Shown: one piece after another, positions 58,194 to 64,000 of the stretch
Numbering within the stretch: the first letter of the stretch is position 1
Layout: the number at the start of each line of letters is the position of its first letter
Assembly: GCA_035473115.1 (NCBI GenBank)
Contig: DATION010000002.1
Location: 169,374 to 233,373 of the forward strand
Source: Candidatus Udaeobacter sp.
Lineage (GTDB): Bacteria; Patescibacteriota; Patescibacteriia; Magasanikbacterales; GWA2-37-8
Length of the DNA: 64,000 nt
Direction of reading: 5' to 3'
Translations under genes and position numbers: made by a program
Notes under the pieces: model-generated
Told to the model about the DNA's origin: nothing
Seen by the model: only the letters and a program-made list of their open reading frames with translations
Database searches by the model: none

Positions 58194-58757
58194 TTACTTT
58201 TGTTTTTTCGTATTCTTTGCTGCAACCAGCTTGGCTCGCGGATCTTTAAAGTTATTACCAAGTTCTTTCCAAGGAAATAATGGCCAAGAAGTAATAATAC
58301 GGCCGCGATAATCGGGCTTGAACTGTGACCACGGCTGTTGATATAAAACAGCGTATTTTACCTGTCGAGGATTTTTTGTTTGTAAGTATTTACTAACTAA
58401 TTTTAAGGTTTCACCGGATACGGTCATTTCATCAACTACCAAAACCTTTAAACCTTTTAAACTTCGCTTGATCCGCTGCGAAAGTACAGGCCGGCTGCGT
58501 AAATCCTGAGAACTGTCTTTTGATTGTGTTTTGGAGAAATCAGCTTTTATTACATACAGCTGCTTATTGCTCAGACAATAAGAAATCATAGCTGCCGGGA
58601 TAAGACCGGAACGAGCCAAAGAAATAATAACATCCGGCTTAAAATTACTCTTAGCCATCGCATGCACAATATACAAAGTATCTCGCTCTACATCTTGCCA
58701 AGTTATTTTTATTTCGCCTTTATTTTTTTTATAAAATTTCTGAGCACCAGATGGCAT
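58194..58757 (-). CDS. phosphoribosyltransferase family protein
   Basis: PRPP-binding motif LKVLVVDEMTVSGETL. Confidence 0.7.
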   Translation of the reverse strand: MPSGAQKFYKKNKGEIKITWQDVERDTLYIVHAMAKSNFKPDVIISLARSGLIPAAMISYCLSNKQLYVIKADFSKTQSKDSSQDLRSRPVLSQRIKRSLKGLKVLVVDEMTVSGETLKLVSKYLQTKNPRQVKYAVLYQQPWSQFKPDYRGRIITSWPLFPWKELGNNFKDPRAKLVAAKNTKKQK

Positions 58758-58829
58758 AAAGTTTCGTGATGAAATAACAATTGCCGTAGTTTACTATGGT
58801 TTTTTTAGGTGGTCAAATTAAATTAATCG

Positions 58830-58991
58830 CTAACTCAGAAATCTGACTGCCAGCCAGATACCGAGTATGCCGCCGACAAAAGCGCCGAGGATTGTAAGTA
58901 GTGAAAAAGAATCAGCGCCAAACCAAGTTGGCGCGTAGGCTCCGATCGTGCTTCCAACTATCATACCAAGACTGACCAATCTTTTATCCAT
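58830..58991 (-). CDS. 53-aa glycine-zipper small membrane protein, not in ORF track
   Basis: MDKRLVSLGMIVGSTIGAYAPTWFGADSFSLLTILGAFVGGILGIWLAVRFLS. Confidence 0.35.
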   Translation of the reverse strand: MDKRLVSLGMIVGSTIGAYAPTWFGADSFSLLTILGAFVGGILGIWLAVRFLS

Positions 58992-59009
58992 AATAAGCTG
59001 ATTATAAAC

Positions 59010-59231
59010 TTAATTTATCTTTTTTCCCCAGTGTATTTTGTTCCAGATACGCTCGTGAAAAAAATACAATATTGTGCTAGAAAAATTAGAAAGAATCATT
59101 AAACCAAAAGTAATATCATAGCGCCGAGTAACTGTAAAAATTATTACAAAATCAGAAATTAAAATAATACAGCGAAACGTAAGAGCTTTAACGATAGAAC
59201 GGGAATTATGCTCAAAAAAAGCCATAAACAA
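59010..59231 (-). CDS. DUF2061-like small membrane protein
   Basis: ITFGLMILSNFSSTILYFFHERIWNKIHWG. Confidence 0.45.
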   Translation of the reverse strand: MFMAFFEHNSRSIVKALTFRCIILISDFVIIFTVTRRYDITFGLMILSNFSSTILYFFHERIWNKIHWGKKIN

Positions 59232-59263
59232 ATTTAGTTTAAAGATTAGAAAAATGAATTATA

Positions 59264-59779
59264 TCATTTTTTTGGAGCAGTCTCGCCAATAGCTTCATCT
59301 GCCAGGTCAGCATCGGCATCAGCTTTGGTAGCGTGAACGCGACCATCAATGTGATTAGGAGGAGAATAAACAGTATAAACCTTTAGATCTTCGGCGCCTG
59401 TATTCCAAAAGTTATGTTTAGTGCCCGGAACTACGACCACCACATCGCCGGGATTAATTGGAAATTTTTTATCATTAAGCATACCTTCCCCTTTTCCGGA
59501 AAGAAAAAATAATGTCTGTTCTGTATATTTGTGGATCTCTTCTCCAATCTCGCCGCCAGGCGGAATGCTCATAACTACCAACTGGCTATTTTTGCCGGTA
59601 AATAAAACACGGCGAAAATTTTTATTCTCTTGCGTGGCTTTAATAATATTCGTATAAAAACTGCTCGGAAGTTTTTCTTTAGAAATAATCGACAAAGGCT
59701 TTACTGGAATTTTTATATACAACAAATATACCAAACTAATAAATACCGAGCCTGCAAGAAAAATAAGCACATACCGCAT
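59264..59779 (-). CDS. membrane-anchored cupin-domain protein
   Basis: N-terminal TM. Cupin beta-barrel with PGGEIGEEIH...GDVVVVVPGTKHNFWNTG. Confidence 0.65.
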   Translation of the reverse strand: MRYVLIFLAGSVFISLVYLLYIKIPVKPLSIISKEKLPSSFYTNIIKATQENKNFRRVLFTGKNSQLVVMSIPPGGEIGEEIHKYTEQTLFFLSGKGEGMLNDKKFPINPGDVVVVVPGTKHNFWNTGAEDLKVYTVYSPPNHIDGRVHATKADADADLADEAIGETAPKK

Positions 59780-60012
59780 ACAGATCGGGGTTAATAAATA
59801 AACTATATAGCTATCATAGCACGTTTGTTAATTAACATAAACAAAAATTCACCAAATATAATTAACTAAACAAACTAACCTTGACAAAACTATATTTTTA
59901 CAGTATATTAATTTATTATTTTCCAATGTTTAAGACTCTTATTGACCCTTACCGAATCTAGTTTTCGGTAGTCAAAGGGGTCTTAACAAAACACATTACG
60001 GCGAGGATCATC

Positions 60013-60369
60013 ATGTCCACCAAAACTGTTACCGTTGTTCTCTCTACCATGGGCTGTCCCAAGACTGGCATGCCTGCAGGAATCGAAATTGGCCAATTTC
60101 AGACAACAACCAACAATAATGGGAGCCAATCTACAAGTAACTGGCCAGAAGGGTTTCCATCCAAAAGGACTGGCCGGCAAGTCATAGACAACTGCATCAT
60201 CTTCGCTGCTATGGCAGGCGTAGACCGATCAATTTTCGAGGCATGGCGTCCTATTCTTGAAGCTTGTGGCCTGCCCGAGCAATCGCAACACGATTCGGTC
60301 TTCGACGCCTATGCGCGACAGACACACTTCACACATATGGAGCACGTGTTCGCCAGTCCGGCGGCATGA
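60013..60369 (+). CDS. hypothetical protein (high-GC island)
   Basis: GAGGA SD before the ATG. ~57% GC in a ~35% background. No motif recognised. Confidence 0.45.
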   Translation: MSTKTVTVVLSTMGCPKTGMPAGIEIGQFQTTTNNNGSQSTSNWPEGFPSKRTGRQVIDNCIIFAAMAGVDRSIFEAWRPILEACGLPEQSQHDSVFDAYARQTHFTHMEHVFASPAA

Positions 60370-60500
60370 ACCGATCTCACGCAAGCACGCAGAAGGTGAT
60401 GATGCGAGAATGAAGAAGCACTCGCCGTCCAACACCTTTTTACAAATAAAATTTGTTTGTAAAAAAGTGACGGTGAACTTCTTTATAAAAAATATAATAC

Positions 60501-60539
60501 AAAACATCTTTCTTGATTGAAAGATGTTTTGTTTTTTTT
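60501..60539. terminator. intrinsic terminator, perfect 12-bp stem
   Basis: aaaacatctttc-ttgatt-gaaagatgttttgtttttttt. Confidence 0.65.
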
Positions 60540-60675
60540 GGAAATTTTTTCGCCGAGCATTGTACAGGACGTTAAAACAATTTTTATGAATATGAATTGG
60601 CATGTTTATATGCCGCACTTTACTCTTTAGTACTATTCAATATATATTTGCCGTGTTAAGTGGTATTTATTTTAT

Positions 60676-61191
60676 CTATTCAGCTTTACTATACACCTCT
60701 TTATTTTCAATAAAAAAATTAATTTCTGTAAGCAATAACAAAAATACATTATATAAAAAAGCATCAAAATAAGCTTTGTCTGAATCAGCAACCAGATCTC
60801 TTCCTAAGTACCTAATAACAAAATCTGTATAACTTTTACCGAACGGTCTACCAATACTATCAACATCATTTTCAGTAATTTGATAATCAATATCATGAGC
60901 TGATTTATTTCTTAACGCATTGAGCTTTTTAATACTAATTATTATGTTTTCAGGCAATATTCCAAATGAATCTACTAAATTTAATTTTTGTGAAAAAGTA
61001 ATATTATTATCAGTAATAACAAAACCTCTCTTTAAGTAACTTGTTATTATAAAATCAAGGTAATACTCAACTAACAAATGAAATCTCAGTGTGGTAGCTA
61101 ACCTCTTACTATTTTGAGTTTCTGTTAAAACTTTTATAATTCTCTTAAAAGCCTCGCTGTCTACATGTAACGATTTTTCTATATTTTTCAT
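60676..61191 (-). CDS. HEPN-domain protein (R-x4-H motif), last gene of AT-rich cassette
   Basis: Motif LNALRNKSAHDID (R-N-x-x-A-H), all-helical. Start taken at MKNIEKS; the ORF extends to 61296. ~28% GC. Confidence 0.55.
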   Translation of the reverse strand: MKNIEKSLHVDSEAFKRIIKVLTETQNSKRLATTLRFHLLVEYYLDFIITSYLKRGFVITDNNITFSQKLNLVDSFGILPENIIISIKKLNALRNKSAHDIDYQITENDVDSIGRPFGKSYTDFVIRYLGRDLVADSDKAYFDAFLYNVFLLLLTEINFFIENKEVYSKAE

Positions 61192-61332
61192 AATAATAAA
61201 AAAACTAACTTCACTTAACGTTGTGCATAACCAACCTTTGCCTCTACTAATACTATATATTACGACTGCGCAGGCCTTGTGGGATGCAATTGGCACTTAG
61301 TTGGCTAAGCTATGAATAATAAGCTTTTAATT

Positions 61333-62007
61333 TTATAAAGGATTGTCAAAAGAGTAAATATCGATATCAAATTTTCTTTTTTTGATTGTTTCGTCTAATC
61401 CTTTTGCTGTATTATATAAATGGCCACTAACATTCATATAAGGAGATAGATGGTTTTCCATACGCCATTTTTTATTCCTAATTTTTTTTAATCTACCTGG
61501 TTGCAATTCATAAACCATACCAATAAAACCAGCTACTAACTCTGCGAAGGCCGACATGTGCTTTACTTCTCCAAAAGAAATGAGGTCTTTATTTGGTAAA
61601 GCTGTATCTGTTGAATAAGATTCTAAATCAACATCATTCATAATAACTACATCACAACAAATATTCGATCTGTAAAGATTTTTATCTCTATGTGCTTTTG
61701 TAGAAACTCTAAGCTGATGCCTGATTTGATATTTCAAACCGTTTTTTTTACAAATAAAATAACTGTATTTTGAAGGCGCCCCTCTTGTTGAGAATTTTAA
61801 ATTAAATATTCTTCTTCCTTTCATTTTTGGATTAACTATCTGTACTAACCAACCATTATCTTTAAACCATTTAACAGTTTGCACAAAGGTATAGGCTTCA
61901 AAAGTTTGATTAACTTTATTACCAAAAGAATTTAAATTAGTCTTCTCGTCTTTAAAAAACTCTTTTAATCCTTGTTTTGCAAATTCTTGATCAAAATAAT
62001 AACCCAT
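61333..62007 (-). CDS. putative PD-(D/E)xK-fold nuclease-like protein
   Basis: CCDVVIMNDVD...SFGEVKHM gives a D-x26-E-V-K arrangement. AT-rich cassette. Confidence 0.45.
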   Translation of the reverse strand: MGYYFDQEFAKQGLKEFFKDEKTNLNSFGNKVNQTFEAYTFVQTVKWFKDNGWLVQIVNPKMKGRRIFNLKFSTRGAPSKYSYFICKKNGLKYQIRHQLRVSTKAHRDKNLYRSNICCDVVIMNDVDLESYSTDTALPNKDLISFGEVKHMSAFAELVAGFIGMVYELQPGRLKKIRNKKWRMENHLSPYMNVSGHLYNTAKGLDETIKKRKFDIDIYSFDNPL

Positions 62008-62011
62008 AACT

Positions 62012-62464
62012 TTATCCCCTTATTTCTTTATACTTTTCTAAAATTTCATAAATATACTTCGAATTTAGTACTAAATCTCTTGTTTTATTATCCAATAAAG
62101 CTAATAATCTTTGAGCTAGCCTATCCCCCAATACTACATTTTCATTTCTTTCCTCAAAAAAAGAACGCCCTAAATAAAATCCAGAAACATTAAATTCTTT
62201 TAATATATCAATGGTTTTTTTAGCCATTCTAGACCCTTCTGTAAAAAAATTATTTATAACAAATATAAAAACTAATAAAGTCGCTTCATCTGATATTGAC
62301 CTCATCATTTTATATTCATTTTTTCTTTCATTTAGCGTTTTAATTCTAGATAGAACTTTTCTTCTATAATCATTTGGAAATAAATTATCCCAAACATAAG
62401 AACTTAGAGAATTATATCTGATTATCAGATATCTTGGTGCGTTTTTTAAGGCTTCGTTAAACAT
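62012..62464 (-). CDS. hypothetical protein (cassette gene 2)
   Basis: 150-aa ORF, 4-nt gap to the next gene. Confidence 0.45.
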   Translation of the reverse strand: MFNEALKNAPRYLIIRYNSLSSYVWDNLFPNDYRRKVLSRIKTLNERKNEYKMMRSISDEATLLVFIFVINNFFTEGSRMAKKTIDILKEFNVSGFYLGRSFFEERNENVVLGDRLAQRLLALLDNKTRDLVLNSKYIYEILEKYKEIRG

Positions 62465-62472
62465 AATTCTGT

Positions 62473-62910
62473 TTATTTCTTCCCTATCTCAGCACTTGCT
62501 TTTGCATGAAACACAAGAGCTTCATTACCTAGCCTATTTGAGAGTGGACAATAAATAAGCTCTATAGATTTAGGAAAGCGCATTTCACTACGTTTTTTAA
62601 ATTTTTCAAAAAATAATTTGTCGGTAAAAACAAGCAAACGTTTTTTTGCTTTTATCTGGGTAAGAAAAAGGATTTCGGTGTATGTTGCTTTTATTTTTCC
62701 ACCTTCTTGCCATGTATTTTTTCTAGCCACACTCGAACGAATCCCAGCAACTATCTCCCTGTCCTTTGAAACGGCGTCAAACCTGTGCAACCCACCCGGT
62801 TTAAGCTTTAGTTCAACCTCACCTATTTCAAATTCTTTTTGAAATTTATCAGCAAGCCATCCTCTAACATACGGCTCTATCTTATTTTTATAAAAATTTG
62901 TGTTTGCCAT
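62473..62910 (-). CDS. hypothetical protein (cassette gene 1)
   Basis: 145-aa ORF, 8-nt gap to the next gene. A possible D/E...K nuclease-like core (RFDAVSKDREIV) is uncertain. Confidence 0.45.
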   Translation of the reverse strand: MANTNFYKNKIEPYVRGWLADKFQKEFEIGEVELKLKPGGLHRFDAVSKDREIVAGIRSSVARKNTWQEGGKIKATYTEILFLTQIKAKKRLLVFTDKLFFEKFKKRSEMRFPKSIELIYCPLSNRLGNEALVFHAKASAEIGKK

Positions 62911-63053
62911 ATATTTATATATTTAATACGGCAATTAATTACCCTCTTATACGTTTGTGCAAGGCATCATACAGAACGTTAGAACTATTTTTATCAATAC
63001 AAATCGGTATATTTATATACCAGGTTTTACCGCTTAGCTGTACTCTCTATAAT

Positions 63054-63962
63054 TTACTCCCGAAGCTTATCTGCTATTTCAGGATTTAAAACACTCTCTA
63101 AATCTTTCCATTCGATAATATATTCTACAAGTGGACTTACTGTAAATGGACTATCAATGGTCAATAATACCCCATTTTTAGTAAATAAAAATCTTTGAAA
63201 CCCGTCATCAAAAGCTTCGCCAAAATCTTGTTTAGTATATTTGTTTATTATCTCTGACATTTTAATTGAATAATCTTTTGTAAAGATATCATTGAGCAAT
63301 ATTTCTTTATTATTAACACTATCAAATACAATTGAATCAATTGACCAAGCGCCACCTTTTACGGTTCTTCGAGAAATTCCAGAAAATATCTGCATACTAA
63401 TTAAACCATTTTCTCTTATATATATTCTATAGTTAAAAGATATGTAACTCTTATCAGATAAGTTAAGGCTGTCCGCGTTAAAAGCCTCATAATCTTGTTT
63501 AGCGAAGTAAATATTTTTATCTGTTTCTTTCTGTATTATTTCTTTGATTTTATTATTTAAAAATAGCTCACTTTCTTTGTTGGAAAAACCGCTAAATACT
63601 GGAAAAGAGGTAGTTAATTGGTAGTTATACTTTGAGTTTTTTATAATTTTAGTCGAATCAGTAACTATTATTGTTGGATGAAAATTGATTATTGTGTTGA
63701 TATAAAGATTCCTATATAGTTTTACTAAGTCATTTAAACTTTCCTCCCTTGTTTGGGAATTTATAGTTGTGATTGTTGATGAGTTAGTATTTTGATTAAC
63801 TGCTGGTGTTGATGAAATTGAATTTGTTGTAGAAATATTGTTTGTTGCTGAAGAAATATTTTTTGCTAATTTTTGTTTAATTAAAAATTTTTTAAAAAAT
63901 AATCCACCACCAATGAATAATAAGATCATTAAACTTGCTAATAAAAACAGTCTTGGTTTCAT
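63054..63962 (-). CDS. secreted/anchored DUF3298/DUF4163 (RsiV/PdaC-like) domain protein
   Basis: N-terminal TM, a Ser/Thr/Asn-rich linker and a C-terminal ...YISFNYRIYIRENGLISMQI... pattern. Confidence 0.45.
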   Translation of the reverse strand: MKPRLFLLASLMILLFIGGGLFFKKFLIKQKLAKNISSATNNISTTNSISSTPAVNQNTNSSTITTINSQTREESLNDLVKLYRNLYINTIINFHPTIIVTDSTKIIKNSKYNYQLTTSFPVFSGFSNKESELFLNNKIKEIIQKETDKNIYFAKQDYEAFNADSLNLSDKSYISFNYRIYIRENGLISMQIFSGISRRTVKGGAWSIDSIVFDSVNNKEILLNDIFTKDYSIKMSEIINKYTKQDFGEAFDDGFQRFLFTKNGVLLTIDSPFTVSPLVEYIIEWKDLESVLNPEIADKLRE

Positions 63963-64000
63963 ATTTAAAATTAATGAAATGAATTGATATTTAATTTAAG

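Overview
This window is a low-GC (~35-38%), gene-dense bacterial chromosomal segment. The small-genome, pilus-rich gene content is consistent with a Patescibacteria/CPR-like or similarly reduced organism (inference). Recognisable housekeeping genes are smpB plus an adjacent tmRNA, the infC-rpmI-rplT operon, an ECF-type sigma factor, tRNA-Asp(GTC), tRNA-Gln(CTG), a ZIP zinc transporter, PEP synthase, NAD-dependent DNA ligase, a type IV pilus cluster (prepilin peptidase, pilin, orphan response regulator, PilM), cysS, a CDP-alcohol phosphatidyltransferase, a CorA-like transporter, dnaX, folD, secDF, secA, tdk, msrA, a DEAD-box helicase, a SWIB-domain protein, GST, an ABC-2 exporter pair, an APC permease, an EamA transporter and a PRTase. 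Observations not explained by ordinary annotation: (1) A ~50-nt element (palindrome TGATTTAGCGAAATCA plus an adjacent hairpin with compensatory stem changes) is inserted in frame inside secA and inside a methyltransferase gene, adding a shared RxVSxDxTxHDFAKS peptide. A third copy lies in an intergenic leader. This resembles Rickettsia-palindromic-element-like in-frame insertions. (2) At the right end sits a strongly AT-rich (~28% GC) four-gene minus-strand cassette encoding a HEPN (R-x4-H) protein, a PD-(D/E)xK-like protein and two unknowns, a candidate uncharacterised defence/abortive-infection module. (3) A membrane-anchored FtsK/HerA/VirB4-superfamily ATPase (851 aa) has its ~420-aa N-terminal domain duplicated as a standalone ATPase-less paralog 5.5 kb away, paired with a 53-aa membrane protein. 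(4) Multiple short high-GC islands (55-65% GC) sit in the low-GC background. Each encodes a secreted protein or lipoprotein (one a metzincin HExxHxxGxxH protease, one beta-barrel-like), and several are driven by near-consensus TTGACA-17-TATAAT promoters. (5) Further items are a 1735-aa coiled-coil/Gly-zipper giant protein, a PEP synthase with a C-terminal TM-anchored extension, twin ACGCTNAGCGT palindromes spaced 21 bp apart in front of infC and the DEAD-box helicase gene, a dispersed TGTCATCC...GGATCT repeat family, and a structured leader before the EamA transporter. No CRISPR array, rRNA or obvious transposase was seen.
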